Shown: piece after piece, positions 40,501-50,782 of the stretch
How the letters are laid out: every line of letters begins with the position of its first letter
Position numbering within the stretch: position 1 is the first letter of the stretch
From: Candidatus Nomurabacteria bacterium
Lineage (GTDB): Bacteria > Patescibacteriota > Minisyncoccia > Phycocordibacterales > UBA9973
Assembly: GCA_052035405.1 (NCBI GenBank)
Contig: JBPOHQ010000006.1
Span: forward strand, 8,039 to 72,038
Length of the DNA: 64,000 bases
Direction of reading: 5' to 3'
Program-made: the position numbers and the translations under genes
Notes under the pieces: model-generated
The model's input: the letters and a program-made list of their open reading frames with translations, nothing else
What the model was told of the DNA's origin: nothing
Database searches by the model: none

Positions 40501-40745
40501 AAGCTCAAGGTGGAGGACAGAGATTCGGAGAAATGGAGGTGTGGGCACTTGAAGGATACGGAGCTGCATACTCATTACGAGAAATGTTAACAGTAAAGTC
40601 TGATGATATCGCTGGTCGTTCACAGACATTTGATTCCATTATTAAAAATGAAATTATCAAAGCGCCAAATTCTCCAGCATCATTCAATGTAATGCTTAAT
40701 TACTTGAGAGGATTAGCCCTTGATGTTAACTTGAAAAAAATATAA
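37587..40745 (+). CDS. rpoB: RNA polymerase beta subunit
   Basis: FIINGVERV, RDVHPSHYGRVCP, GDKLSGRHGNKG, GQRFGEME. Confidence 0.98.
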   Translation: MQTDIHRPKKYFGRYKKPLIEFPNLIESQVKSFKWLIETGVGEVFKEFSPISDYSGKKFQLEFTSFSLSESKTDETESKVNKLSYQGHLKARVKLTNKILGTVKEQEIFMSEIPLMTAHGTFIINGVERVIVPQLARSFGVFFTESESKGRKYFGAKIIPARGVWIEIEAEADGAIYVRIDKKRKFPVTALLRVMGFNDSETILKEFGQNEVADATIKACLAKDTAKSVNDSYIEIYKRLRDGDMATPENAKEFIDSLFTTERYDLSPVGRYRFNKRFEKSMDEKELLRRTISKEDLLSIVLHIISLNNDPAAKSDDIDHLGQRRVRFVGEMLQQKIRTGMMQIKRNIQDRMSIVDVDTAIPIQIINQRPLQARIKEFFTTNQLSQFMAQENVLYEMEHLRTLSALGPGGLTRERAGLEVRDVHPSHYGRVCPIHTPEGPNIGLILHLATYAKINDFGIIETPYIKVNKGKITGEVVYLNALEEEKYNIAHAGIPYDEEGKITAKKVAARVKTEPGEIDKDEVDFIDVATNQAFSLATSMIPFLEHDDANRALMGSNMQKQAVPCVLPEAPLVGTGVEELASRDSGRLVISEEEGTVSYVDGRKVVIKGKKETTYPLVNFLRNNNFAAFHQRPIVNVGDKVKKGEVLADTSSSVGGQISIGQNIFVAFLSWSGSNYEDAIIVSQRLVKQSKFTSLYIEEFVCVVRDTKLGPEITTRDIPNVGELKLKDLDEDGIIRIGAEVRENDILVGKITPKGETELTPEERLLRSIFAEKARDVKDTSLRMEHGKRGRITGVKIFSRDMGHTLEAGIIKKIVIEVAQIRNISVGDKLSGRHGNKGVISTILPEEDMPYMADGTPVDIILSPLGVPSRMNLGQILEMHLGLAANTLGYQAIVPPFLGAKHEEISGELVKAGFPENGRVKLFDGRTGEAFGQDVAVGYMYMLKLHHMVEDKIHMRSIGPYSLITQQPLGGKAQGGGQRFGEMEVWALEGYGAAYSLREMLTVKSDDIAGRSQTFDSIIKNEIIKAPNSPASFNVMLNYLRGLALDVNLKKI

Positions 40746-43700
40746 TGAAAACACTAAACACAACTGAGTTTGACGCGATAGGATTAAAGCTCGCTTCTCC
40801 AGAACAGATTCGAGAATGGTCTTATGGTGAGGTTACAAAACCTGAAACTATAAACTACCGAACAGGTAGAAGTGAAAGAGGAGGACTTTTTGACGAAAAG
40901 ATATTCGGTCCAGAAAAAGATTACGAATGTTACTGTGGAAAATATCGAAGAATTCGTTATAAAGATATCATTTGTGAAAAATGTGGAGTTGAAGTAACTC
41001 GCTCAATCGTACGACGTGAGAGAATGGGCCATATTGACCTTGCTACTCCAGTAGCTCATATTTGGTTTTTAAGAGGAGTGCCATCACGCATGAGTATTCT
41101 TCTTAATATTCCTGTTTCTGATTTAGAAAAGGTTATTTATTTCGCTGGGTATATCATCACTAAAGTTTATCAAGAAGAAAAAGATACTGTTATTTCTGAA
41201 TTAGAAAAAGAATATAAGAGTAAATTAAAAAATTCTGCGGATGAAGAGACAAAAGAAAAGTTAAAGAATTTGCTTTCTGTAACTAAAAAAGAAATCAACG
41301 AAATCTTTGAAGGAAAGGTGTTGAATGAAATCTCATTTCATCATTATTCTTTGAAGTATGGAACTTGTTTTGAGGCAAATATTGGAGCTGAAGCTATATA
41401 CACTATTTTCAAAAATCTAGACTTAAATAAACTAAAAGCTCACACAGAAGGAATGCTAGAAAAGGCTAGTGGAGCAGAAAAAGAAAAGCTACAAAAAAGA
41501 CTATCTCTCATTCGTGCGATGATTTATGCAGATATCCGCCCTGAATGGATGTTCTTAACCGTGATTCCAGTTATTCCACCAGTACTTCGCCCGATGGTGG
41601 CTCTTGATGGTGGACGTCACGCTACATCAGACTTAAATGATTTGTATCGTCGTGTGATAAATCGAAATAATCGCCTCCGAAAACTAAAAGAAATCAATGC
41701 TCCAGATGTTATCCTTCGAAACGAAAAAAGAATCATCCAAGAAGCAGTGGATGCACTTATTGATAACTCAATTGCAAAACAGAATGATTCTGTTGCAATG
41801 AGTCAATCGCAAAAAAGACCTCTTAAATCTCTTTCTGATAACTTAAAGAGTAAGCAAGGACTATTCCGTCAAAACCTTCTCGGTAAGCGTGTAGACTATT
41901 CAGGACGTTCTGTGATTGTTGTTGGACCTCAACTTAAACTCAATCAATGTGGTTTGCCAAAACACATGGCACTTGAGCTTTTCAGACCATTTGTTATCTC
42001 AAAAATTCTTCAAGCTGAACTAGCGTTTAATATTCGTGGTGCAAATAAATTGATTGAAGAGCGAACTCCAGAAGTATGGGCAATGCTTGAAGAAGTCATA
42101 CAAGGAAAATACGTATTACTCAACCGTGCTCCTACATTACATCGTCTGGGTATTCAAGCTTTTAACCCAATCCTTATTGAAGGAAACGCTGTTCAAGTAC
42201 ACCCACTCGTGTGTTCTGCTTTCAATGCGGACTTCGACGGTGACCAGATGGCCGTCTACGTGCCTCTTTCCGAAGAAGCTCAAGCAGAAGCTAAAAACTT
42301 GATGGCTGCAAATAAAAACTTGTTGAAACCTCAAAATGGTAATCCTATCGTGCACCCTAGTAAGGATATGGTGCTTGGAAGTTACTGGATGACTAAAGGA
42401 GTTGATGGAGAAATCGGGGAAGGAAAGTACTTCTCTAGTCCAAATGCAGCAGTTACTGCATATGAATATGGAGTTGTTTCTCTTCGTGCAAAGATAAAAG
42501 TTTTGGCTACGAGTACTCCAAAGTACAAGAAATATGAAGGAGGAATGTTTGATACTACTGTTGGAAAAATTTTATTCAATAGTATTTTACCGAACGACTT
42601 TGCTTACATAAACGACGAGATGAACCAAAAGAGACTTTCTGATCTTGTGGATGAATTAATTATGCACTACGGTATCGACATGACTCCTCATGTCCTCGAT
42701 AAGATTAAAGAATTTGGATTTAAATATTCAACTCTCTCAGGTATTACTTGGGGACTGGATAATGTTAAGGTGCCTGTTGAAAAAGAAACTATTATTGCGA
42801 ATGGTAGAAAACTTGAAGAAGAAATCCGTGAACAGTGGAGCGAAGGTCTTCTTTCTGATAAAGAGCGATATCAAAAGATTATTGAAGTCTGGACTCACGC
42901 AAAGAAGGACTTGGAAAAAGTTCTACCAAAAGCACTCGACAAAAATGGTTCTGCGTTTGATCTATTCACTTCAGGAGCGAGAGGATCTATGGGTCAGCTT
43001 ATCCAGATGAGTGGTATGAAAGGACTTATCCAGAACAATCAGGGTAAGACGCTAGAATTTCCAATTATTCCATCGTACAAAGAAGGTCTTTCACCAATTG
43101 AATATTTCGTCACTACTCACGGTGCACGTAAAGGAGCATCTGATACTGCACTTAACACTGCAAAAGCTGGATACCTTACTCGAAGACTTGTAGATGTTTC
43201 TCAAGATGTTGTTATTACCGAAGAAGATTGTGGAACAAAAGAAGGTAAATTAGTCAGCCATGAAAATATTTCTGGTATTGAAATTCCACTTTCAAAAAAT
43301 ATTCGTGGACGTGTGTTAGCTTCTGACCTTAAAGACAAAGAAGGAAAGGTTTTATACAAGAAAGGATTTTTGATTACAAAAGAAGAAGCTCACGTTATTG
43401 AAGGACTTGGATTTACAGAAGCATATGTTAGAAGTCCTCTTACTTGCCGTACAGCACATGGACTTTGTCAGATGTGTTATGGATTAGACTTGGGAAGAAA
43501 CCACCTTGTAGACTTAGGTGAAGCGGTGGGTATCATCGCTGCTCAAGCTATTGGTGAACCGGGAACACAGCTTACACTTCGAACATTCCACGCCGGAGGT
43601 GTTGCAGGAACAGATATCACTACTGGTTTGCCTCGTGTTGAAGAAATTTTTGAAAAGAGAATTCCAAAAAATCCAGCTGTAGTATCGCAAACAGATGCAG

Positions 43701-44356
43701 AGATTATTGAAATTAAGGATAAGGATGGAAAAGAGAAATCAATCAAGGTATTGTCTGATTCAAAAGTTGACGGTAAGCCAAATGAAATAGAGTATAGTAT
43801 GCCATTTATGAGAATACCGATTGTGAAAATTGGAGATAAGGTGAAAGCTGGAGAACTCCTCACAGATGGATCAGCTGATATCAGTGAAATCTTTAAATAC
43901 GGAGGAAAAGATATGGTAGAGGAGTATATTATCCGTGAAATTAACAAAGTCTATGAACTTCAAAGTGCTTCTATCTCAAGAAAACACACTGAGATTATTA
44001 TTCGCCAAATGTTCTCACGAAGAAAGATAAAAGATTCAGGTGAGACTAATTTCTCTATGGGAGACATTGTTGAAAACACTGCACTTATCGAAGAAAACAT
44101 GCGAGTTGCTGCACTTTCCGCAAAAGAAGCAAAAGCAGAGACTATTGTACTCGGTATTACTGAAGTTTCACTTCGAACAAAGAGTTGGTTATCAGCTGCT
44201 TCATTCCAAAACACAAATCGTGTGCTTATTGAAAACGCCGTGAAAGGAGGAATAGATTACCTCAGAGGTTTAAAAGAAAATGTGATTATTGGACGACTTA
44301 TTCCAGCTGGAACAGGCTTTAGAAAAGCTAAAACTACGCCAGCAGTAGAAGAATAA
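40745..44356 (+). CDS. rpoC: RNA polymerase beta' subunit
   Basis: Zinc finger, NADFDGD catalytic motif, GEPGTQL. Confidence 0.98.
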   Translation: MKTLNTTEFDAIGLKLASPEQIREWSYGEVTKPETINYRTGRSERGGLFDEKIFGPEKDYECYCGKYRRIRYKDIICEKCGVEVTRSIVRRERMGHIDLATPVAHIWFLRGVPSRMSILLNIPVSDLEKVIYFAGYIITKVYQEEKDTVISELEKEYKSKLKNSADEETKEKLKNLLSVTKKEINEIFEGKVLNEISFHHYSLKYGTCFEANIGAEAIYTIFKNLDLNKLKAHTEGMLEKASGAEKEKLQKRLSLIRAMIYADIRPEWMFLTVIPVIPPVLRPMVALDGGRHATSDLNDLYRRVINRNNRLRKLKEINAPDVILRNEKRIIQEAVDALIDNSIAKQNDSVAMSQSQKRPLKSLSDNLKSKQGLFRQNLLGKRVDYSGRSVIVVGPQLKLNQCGLPKHMALELFRPFVISKILQAELAFNIRGANKLIEERTPEVWAMLEEVIQGKYVLLNRAPTLHRLGIQAFNPILIEGNAVQVHPLVCSAFNADFDGDQMAVYVPLSEEAQAEAKNLMAANKNLLKPQNGNPIVHPSKDMVLGSYWMTKGVDGEIGEGKYFSSPNAAVTAYEYGVVSLRAKIKVLATSTPKYKKYEGGMFDTTVGKILFNSILPNDFAYINDEMNQKRLSDLVDELIMHYGIDMTPHVLDKIKEFGFKYSTLSGITWGLDNVKVPVEKETIIANGRKLEEEIREQWSEGLLSDKERYQKIIEVWTHAKKDLEKVLPKALDKNGSAFDLFTSGARGSMGQLIQMSGMKGLIQNNQGKTLEFPIIPSYKEGLSPIEYFVTTHGARKGASDTALNTAKAGYLTRRLVDVSQDVVITEEDCGTKEGKLVSHENISGIEIPLSKNIRGRVLASDLKDKEGKVLYKKGFLITKEEAHVIEGLGFTEAYVRSPLTCRTAHGLCQMCYGLDLGRNHLVDLGEAVGIIAAQAIGEPGTQLTLRTFHAGGVAGTDITTGLPRVEEIFEKRIPKNPAVVSQTDAEIIEIKDKDGKEKSIKVLSDSKVDGKPNEIEYSMPFMRIPIVKIGDKVKAGELLTDGSADISEIFKYGGKDMVEEYIIREINKVYELQSASISRKHTEIIIRQMFSRRKIKDSGETNFSMGDIVENTALIEENMRVAALSAKEAKAETIVLGITEVSLRTKSWLSAASFQNTNRVLIENAVKGGIDYLRGLKENVIIGRLIPAGTGFRKAKTTPAVEE

Positions 44357-44364
44357 TACAATAG

Positions 44365-46107
44365 ATGAACTCTCCTGTATCTAAAATTAAGGAGAGACTA
44401 ACAATTGAAGAAGTAGTCTCTTCTTATATAAAAGTTGAAAAAGTTGGCCCAAATTTTAAAGCCAAGTGTCCATTTCACAATGAAAAGACACCATCTTTTT
44501 TCATCTCTCCAGATAGGGGAACGTATTATTGTTTTGGTTGTGGAGTTAAAGGAGACATCTTCAGTTTTGTAGAGGAGTTTGAAGGTCTTGATTTTAAGGG
44601 TGCATTAAAACTTCTGGCATCGCGAGCAGGCGTCCCTCTTCAAGATTTTAATCGAGAAGCAGAAAGTGAAAAAGACAGGCTCTATAAAGTAATGGAAGAA
44701 GCTACGCTTTTCTTTAGTCACAATTTGGAAAAAGAGAATGACGTAGTTTCTTACTTACACAAGAGGGGTTTAGAGGATAAAACAATTAAAGAATTCAGGC
44801 TAGGATATGTAAGAAATGAGTGGACATCTTTGTATATATACCTGAAAGCAAAAAAGTTCACTGACAATGATATAGAGAAAGCTGGACTTGTAAAAAAGAC
44901 AGAAAAGGGTACCTATGATAGATTTCGAGGAAGAGTCATGTTTCCGATTATGGATTCAAGTGGACGAGTAATAGCATTTTCAGGTAGAATTTTTGTAGAC
45001 GATGGAAAATCAGCAAAGTATTTAAATTCTCCAGAGACACCAATTTTCACTAAGTCAGCAGTTTTGTATGGATTGGATAAAGCAAAGGATTCTATCAGAA
45101 AACACAATTTCTCTATTTTGGTTGAAGGTCAAATGGACTTACTTATGTCTCACCAAGCAGGATTCAGAAATACTGTCGCTACTTCAGGTACTGCACTATC
45201 TGATCAGGAAATGAACGCAGAGAATGTTGTTTCAAATTTAGGATTAGTACGACGTTTATCAGACAATATAGTTTTGGCATTTGATGCAGATAAGGCGGGA
45301 CTCCATGCTACACATCGTGCAGGGAAGATTGCACTGTCTTTAGGAATGAACGTGAAAGCAGTTGAATTAGAAGAAGGCGTAGATCCAGCAGACAGGATAC
45401 TTCACGGTGGTATAGAAGGATGGAAAAAAGACATACGAGAATCAAAACACCTTATAGAATTTTTCATAGCGTCTGTTTTGAAAAAAAATAAAGACATGAG
45501 AAGTGCAGGACTTGAAATAAAGAAAGAGGTATTACCATTTATTGATTCACTGCCGAGTGCTATAGAAAAAGCACATTTCTTGAAAAAGATTTACGACCTA
45601 ACTAATATCCCTATGGTCGCACTAGAAGAAGATTTGAGAAAAGTACACGAAGAGTTAAAAAATGAAAGTAGAAAGTTAGAAGAGATAAGCCTCAATCAGA
45701 ACCAAGTTTTTAGAAGAGAGCGAATTTTAAAAAGTATCATTGGTATCATTTTTTGGCAACAGACGTTAAAAGAGCCACATTTTAATATAAAGAAAACAAT
45801 AGAAGAATTAACAAGAATTTTAGAAAAAGAGGAAAAAGATATCTTAGAAAGTTTTTTAGGAGAAAAAGATTCTTTGATTTATCAGGCAGAAGTATCGTAT
45901 ATGTCTGTCGCTTCTTTGGAAAGAGATGTAGGAGACTTACTTTCTAATTTAGAAGAAGAATATTTAACGGAAAAGTTAGTATACCTCAGGTGGAAATTGC
46001 AAAAAGCAGAAGAAGATAAAGACTTCGAACATTCAAAAGAATTATTACAAGAATTTCAAATTATAAGTAACAAGAGACAAGATATAAAAAATAGTCGTAA
46101 AAAATAA
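44365..46107 (+). CDS. dnaG: DNA primase
   Basis: CPFHNEKTPSF...CFGC zinc finger, KYLNSPET, EGQMD, FDAD TOPRIM. Confidence 0.96.
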   Translation: MNSPVSKIKERLTIEEVVSSYIKVEKVGPNFKAKCPFHNEKTPSFFISPDRGTYYCFGCGVKGDIFSFVEEFEGLDFKGALKLLASRAGVPLQDFNREAESEKDRLYKVMEEATLFFSHNLEKENDVVSYLHKRGLEDKTIKEFRLGYVRNEWTSLYIYLKAKKFTDNDIEKAGLVKKTEKGTYDRFRGRVMFPIMDSSGRVIAFSGRIFVDDGKSAKYLNSPETPIFTKSAVLYGLDKAKDSIRKHNFSILVEGQMDLLMSHQAGFRNTVATSGTALSDQEMNAENVVSNLGLVRRLSDNIVLAFDADKAGLHATHRAGKIALSLGMNVKAVELEEGVDPADRILHGGIEGWKKDIRESKHLIEFFIASVLKKNKDMRSAGLEIKKEVLPFIDSLPSAIEKAHFLKKIYDLTNIPMVALEEDLRKVHEELKNESRKLEEISLNQNQVFRRERILKSIIGIIFWQQTLKEPHFNIKKTIEELTRILEKEEKDILESFLGEKDSLIYQAEVSYMSVASLERDVGDLLSNLEEEYLTEKLVYLRWKLQKAEEDKDFEHSKELLQEFQIISNKRQDIKNSRKK

Positions 46108-46122
46108 TTAAAGATATTCCTT

Positions 46123-47406
46123 ATGAAAAAGAAAATAAATAACAAAAAAGTGAATAAAAAAATAAAAACTACAAAGAAGATAGTAAAAGCTAAAAAGGTA
46201 ATTAAAAAGGCCGTAAAGAAAGTTGTCAAAAAAACAGTGAAAGTAGTAAAGAAACCAAAGGTTGCGAAGATTGTTGTAAAAAAACAACCAAAAACAAAAG
46301 AAGTGAAGAAGCCCATAAAGAAACTTAACGCTGCAGAGAGAAAAGCTGAAGACTTAGAGAAGAAATCAAATGAACTTGTAGAAAAAGGACGCAAGCGAGG
46401 GTTTATAACCTATGATGAGATTCTAAAAACATTTCCTGATATTGAAAACAATATTCTCTTTTTAGATGAATTATATGAGAAATTTGCTACTGTAGGTATC
46501 GATGTATTGGAAGGTGGTAACTTGCTTAACCTTGATATCGACTTGAACGATAAAGAATTAAACAAAGGAGGAATACACGACTCTATTCAAATGTATCTGA
46601 AAGAAATAGGTCAGTATCCACTTATTTACGCAAATGAGGAAAAGGATCTGGCGAAGAGAATCGAACAAGGCGATGAAGAAGCAAAGAATTTACTTGCTCG
46701 GGCAAACCTTCGTCTTGTAGTATCTATTGCTAAGAAGTATGTAGGTAGAAGTGCAAACCTTACGCTCCTTGACCTTATCCAAGAAGGGAACTTAGGACTC
46801 TTTAAAGCAGTTGAAAAGTTTGATTGGACTAAAGGATATAAATTCTCTACGTATGCGACGTGGTGGATTCGTCAGTCTATCACTCGTGCACTTGCTGATC
46901 AGTCTCGAACTATTCGTATTCCAGTGCACATGGTTGAGACTATTTCTAAATACAAACAAATACATAGAAAACTAAGCCAAGACTTAGGACGCGAACCTCT
47001 TGCTGAAGAAATAGCAACTGAGATGGGAATACCTGTGGATAAGATTCATGTTATTGAAAATATTAACCAAGAGACTATTTCACTTGAGCAGCCAATAGGA
47101 GATGATGATGACAAGTCAACTCTTGAGAACTTTATTCCTGATGACAAGATACTTCGCCCTGACCAAGAGTCCTCTAGAAGAATTCTTTCTGATCAAATTC
47201 GTGAAGTCCTCGACGAGTTAAATCCAAAAGAAAGAAAAATACTTGAAATGCGTTACGGATTACTTGATGGTATACAACATACTCTAGAGAGAGTTGGAGA
47301 GGAGTTTGGAGTTACTCGAGAACGTATTCGTCAGATTGAAGCGAAGGTTCACGAAAAACTCAGAAGTCATGACAAGATTTCTCGTCTCAAAAATTACTTT
47401 GATTAA
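46123..47406 (+). CDS. rpoD: Primary sigma factor with a Lys/Val-rich N-terminus
   Basis: [40 protein letters not shown]. Confidence 0.95.
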   Translation: MKKKINNKKVNKKIKTTKKIVKAKKVIKKAVKKVVKKTVKVVKKPKVAKIVVKKQPKTKEVKKPIKKLNAAERKAEDLEKKSNELVEKGRKRGFITYDEILKTFPDIENNILFLDELYEKFATVGIDVLEGGNLLNLDIDLNDKELNKGGIHDSIQMYLKEIGQYPLIYANEEKDLAKRIEQGDEEAKNLLARANLRLVVSIAKKYVGRSANLTLLDLIQEGNLGLFKAVEKFDWTKGYKFSTYATWWIRQSITRALADQSRTIRIPVHMVETISKYKQIHRKLSQDLGREPLAEEIATEMGIPVDKIHVIENINQETISLEQPIGDDDDKSTLENFIPDDKILRPDQESSRRILSDQIREVLDELNPKERKILEMRYGLLDGIQHTLERVGEEFGVTRERIRQIEAKVHEKLRSHDKISRLKNYFD

Positions 47407-47421
47407 CTATATGTAAATAAA

Positions 47422-47462
47422 AAATAAAAAATCCTCTCATTGGATGAGAGGATTTTTTATTT
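47422..47462. terminator. Bidirectional terminator between rpoD and DsbA
   Basis: AAATAAAAAATCCTCTCAT-TGG-ATGAGAGGATTTTTTATTT. Confidence 0.85.
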
Positions 47463-47475
47463 TAAGAATTACTCC

Positions 47476-48186
47476 TTATTTAAGGAGTGCGTCTATTTTC
47501 TCCTGGATAACTTCGATAGGTTGTGCACCTTGAATCATATCAACCACCTCACCGTTTACTTTAAGGAAACTGGTAGGTGTGCCCTGGACACCAGCTGCTT
47601 TTCCGGCCATGATATCGCTTTCAATTTTATCTGCAAATTTTCCACTTGCGAGACAGGTGTTAAATAAAGATACATCAAGTCCAATATCTTTCGCTATTGT
47701 TGGAAGCTCAGACACATCCAAACTGTCGTTTGATTGTGTGCGGGTATAGATTTCATCAACGTATTTCCAAAAAGTGATGTTGTTTCCTTGTTCCCACGCA
47801 CATTCAAGTGCTTCAGATTCGTGAAATGCTTTTTTGTGAAGTTGAGGAATAGGGTAATGTCTGTATTCCCAAGCAATTTTTCCATTGTATTGTTTCATTA
47901 ATGTTTTCATTGTCTCGTGAAAGGACTTGCAGAAAGGACACTCGGTGTCAGTGTATTCGACTATAGTTATTTTTACTGTATCGCTTCCTACTAGGTGAAC
48001 ATCTGATACTGTTGGTGTTATTTCTATACCGTCAAAAGAATTTGTCTGTGTGGCTACAGGTCTCTCTGGTTTTTTACCTCCTAAAAATATAGTTAAGGCA
48101 AAAAAGAGGATTATAGCAACAGAAGAAATAATAGTTTTTTGCGTATTCGATCCTTTTTTTATGACTGATTGTGTTTGATTTTCCAT
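47476..48186 (-). CDS. Membrane-anchored DsbA-family thiol:disulfide oxidoreductase
   Basis: N-terminal TM, EYTDTECPFC, GVQGTP cis-Pro loop, GAQP. Confidence 0.88.
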   Translation of the reverse strand: MENQTQSVIKKGSNTQKTIISSVAIILFFALTIFLGGKKPERPVATQTNSFDGIEITPTVSDVHLVGSDTVKITIVEYTDTECPFCKSFHETMKTLMKQYNGKIAWEYRHYPIPQLHKKAFHESEALECAWEQGNNITFWKYVDEIYTRTQSNDSLDVSELPTIAKDIGLDVSLFNTCLASGKFADKIESDIMAGKAAGVQGTPTSFLKVNGEVVDMIQGAQPIEVIQEKIDALLK

Positions 48187-48331
48187 GTAATGTATATAGC
48201 TTATGTAAGCATTTATGATTAATATACTATTGTAGCACTTTTGGGTCGGTATGGTATACTTTTAGTATTGAAAGGTCTTTTTATTAAATTAATCTAATAT
48301 ACTCTTTGTGAGTATATATAAAAATTATAAT

Positions 48332-48661
48332 ATGTGTTGTAATTCAAAAGGTTGTTGTAAAAGTGCTGGTTGTACAGCAAGTATGATTGCTAAGATTTTA
48401 GTGATCATCGGAGGTCTTAATTGGGGTCTCGTAGGAGCTGGAATGCTTGCAAGCGGTACTATGTCTTGGAATTTGGTAAGTAAACTACTTGGTGCTTGGC
48501 CTATGGTAGAAGCTGTTGTGTACGTAGTTGTAGGTATCTGTGCAGTTGTTATGGCTGTTGGCTGCCGATGTAAGAAGTGTCAGTCTGGAGTATGTGAAGC
48601 ATGTACTACAGAAGGACATGCAGACCACAAAATGGATAGTGTAAACGCTCCAAAAGTATAA
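48332..48661 (+). CDS. DUF378-family membrane protein with Cys-rich termini
   Basis: LVIIGGLNWGLVG, VYVVVG; 11 Cys. Confidence 0.75.
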   Translation: MCCNSKGCCKSAGCTASMIAKILVIIGGLNWGLVGAGMLASGTMSWNLVSKLLGAWPMVEAVVYVVVGICAVVMAVGCRCKKCQSGVCEACTTEGHADHKMDSVNAPKV

Positions 48662-48681
48662 TATTCTTTTGTTCATAATCA

Positions 48682-48714
48682 CAAAACTCTTGACCTTAAA
48701 AGTCAAGAGTTTTG
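48682..48714 (+). terminator. Intrinsic terminator
   Basis: CAAAACTCTTGAC...GTCAAGAGTTTTG. Confidence 0.7.
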
Positions 48715-48754
48715 TTGCTTAAACCCCCTAAAAATGCTAGTATGAGAGATACTT

Positions 48755-49996
48755 ATGGATTCCATTATAGGCATAATTTTTTATGTGCTTGTCTTCCTGT
48801 CACTATACGTGCAGGTCTTTTTTCTTGTTACTTTTTTAGAAAATCGTAAGAAAATAGTGACCCGAAAAGGGGAGATCAAGCTCAGAGAGTACCCCGCGGT
48901 TACTATTGTTGTGCCATGTTGGAATGAAGAAAAGACCATATCAAAGACCGTGCATTCTTTGCTTGATATGAACTATCCAAAGGATAAATTAAATATTTTT
49001 CTCGTAGATGATGGTTCTACTGACAGTACTTGGGAAGTAATACAGACGTTTAAAAAACATGAAAACATCCAAGTCTTTCATAAAGAGAATGGTGGTAAGC
49101 ATACTGCACTTAACTTAGGATTAGAGAAGTCTACGACTGACTTCTTTGGTTGTTTGGATGCAGACTCTATCGCTGATCGAGAATCTTTAGTTCGCATTAT
49201 GAGTTATTTTGAAAAAGATCCTTCCACTATGGCTGTAGCTCCATCTATCATCGTTCATAATGCTAAAACACTGATTCAAAATGCACAAACCGCTGAGTAT
49301 TATATGGCAGTATACGTGAAGAAAATGTTAGGCTTTTTGGGTGGTATTCACGTTACCCCTGGACCTCTTACTATCTTTAAGAGAAAAGTATTCGACACAC
49401 TAGGTCCATACAGACATGCACACAACACCGAAGACATGGAAATAGCATATAGAATGCAGAAGAACCACTATAAAATAGAACAATGTAATGATGCATATGT
49501 ATATACAAATACACCTCCTACTGCGGTAAAGCTCTACAAGCAGAGACTGCGCTGGATCTATGGTTTTATTAACAATACTCTCGACTACAAGTATCTTCTA
49601 TTTAAAAGAAAATATGGAAATTTCTCTATGTTTACTGTACCGGCAGGTGTTATCTCTATTTTCGCGGCTAGTTACTTATTTTTTCGATTTTTATATGAAG
49701 CTGTTAAATTTATTTATACAAAGTTTATACAAGTAAGTGCAGTAGGATTTGATGTTTCGTTTAATCCAAACTTTGATCCATTTTTTATAAACACCCATTT
49801 TTTCCTTTTCATTACAATCATGCTGTACTCTTTGGTTATTTTTTCTATGATATTGGGGAGGAAAATAGCTAGTGGCAAATGGAAGCTATCTGCAGATATG
49901 TTGTATTTCTTCTTTATTTTTAGTGTGATTGCCCCGATATGGCTCATGAAAGCAGTGTATAATACATTACTCGTTAAAAAACCAGCGTGGAGATAA
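48755..49996 (+). CDS. Processive GT2 glycosyltransferase (PgaC/IcaA/cellulose-synthase-like)
   Basis: DDGSTD, DAD, TED and QRLRW motifs; N- and C-terminal TM helices. Confidence 0.88.
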   Translation: MDSIIGIIFYVLVFLSLYVQVFFLVTFLENRKKIVTRKGEIKLREYPAVTIVVPCWNEEKTISKTVHSLLDMNYPKDKLNIFLVDDGSTDSTWEVIQTFKKHENIQVFHKENGGKHTALNLGLEKSTTDFFGCLDADSIADRESLVRIMSYFEKDPSTMAVAPSIIVHNAKTLIQNAQTAEYYMAVYVKKMLGFLGGIHVTPGPLTIFKRKVFDTLGPYRHAHNTEDMEIAYRMQKNHYKIEQCNDAYVYTNTPPTAVKLYKQRLRWIYGFINNTLDYKYLLFKRKYGNFSMFTVPAGVISIFAASYLFFRFLYEAVKFIYTKFIQVSAVGFDVSFNPNFDPFFINTHFFLFITIMLYSLVIFSMILGRKIASGKWKLSADMLYFFFIFSVIAPIWLMKAVYNTLLVKKPAWR

Positions 49997-50019
49997 ATTA
50001 TATAGATAATATAAATAAT

Positions 50020-50703
50020 ATGGAACAAAATAAATTTGATTGGAAAAAATATGTAGTTGTTTTTTTTATAACCGTTATGCTGTTTGTTACAGCAAGTTAT
50101 GTAAGTAGTTATTTTAATAATAAAAAAATCGGACAGTTAAAAGTAATTCAGGATCAGATATCGATAGATATACTCTCTTCTGAGACTCAATTCTCTTTAC
50201 TTTCAGATTTATCATGTAAATCTGTATCAGATTCTTTTTTGTCAGAAGAACTTAATGAGTTTGGTACAAAATTAGAATGGGGTGAGCAGAATCTTGGAAA
50301 CAAAGAAGAAGTAGCCTACTTAAGGAAATACTATTCATTACTACAAATTAAAGATTATCTTTTAATGAAAAAAATATCTTCTCGTTGTGGTATTAAATCA
50401 GCTTTTGTTTTGTATTTTTATACTACAGCTGAAAATTGTACTGAGTGTCTTAAGCAAAGTCTGGTTTTGTCTAAATTAAAAGAAAAGTACCCAATGTTGC
50501 GAGTGTATTCTTTTGATTATAGTACAGACCTATCAGCTGTTAAATCTATGCTTGAAATATATAAAATAGAAGACACTAAACTTCCAGCCATGGTCGTCTC
50601 AGATGACGTTTTAACAGGCTTTAACTCAGCAGATGAACTAGAATCAATAATCAAAAAAACGTTCAATTTAGAAGAAAAAAACCCCACTGATAGTAAAGAA
50701 TAA
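50020..50703 (+). CDS. Membrane-anchored hypothetical protein with a thioredoxin-like CxxC domain
   Basis: TM helix; VLYFY...CTEC...RVYSFD...LPAMVV. Confidence 0.6.
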   Translation: MEQNKFDWKKYVVVFFITVMLFVTASYVSSYFNNKKIGQLKVIQDQISIDILSSETQFSLLSDLSCKSVSDSFLSEELNEFGTKLEWGEQNLGNKEEVAYLRKYYSLLQIKDYLLMKKISSRCGIKSAFVLYFYTTAENCTECLKQSLVLSKLKEKYPMLRVYSFDYSTDLSAVKSMLEIYKIEDTKLPAMVVSDDVLTGFNSADELESIIKKTFNLEEKNPTDSKE

Positions 50704-50731
50704 TTTAATAATTTTATACAAAATTATTAAA

Positions 50732-50782
50732 GCTCAAATACAAAAATATCCCATAAAATATGGGATATTTTTGTATTTGAGC
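50732..50782. terminator. 24-bp perfect palindrome (bidirectional terminator) overlapping the tRNA-Thr 3' end
   Basis: GCTCAAATACAAAAATATCCCATA-AAA-TATGGGATATTTTTGTATTTGAGC. Confidence 0.75.
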
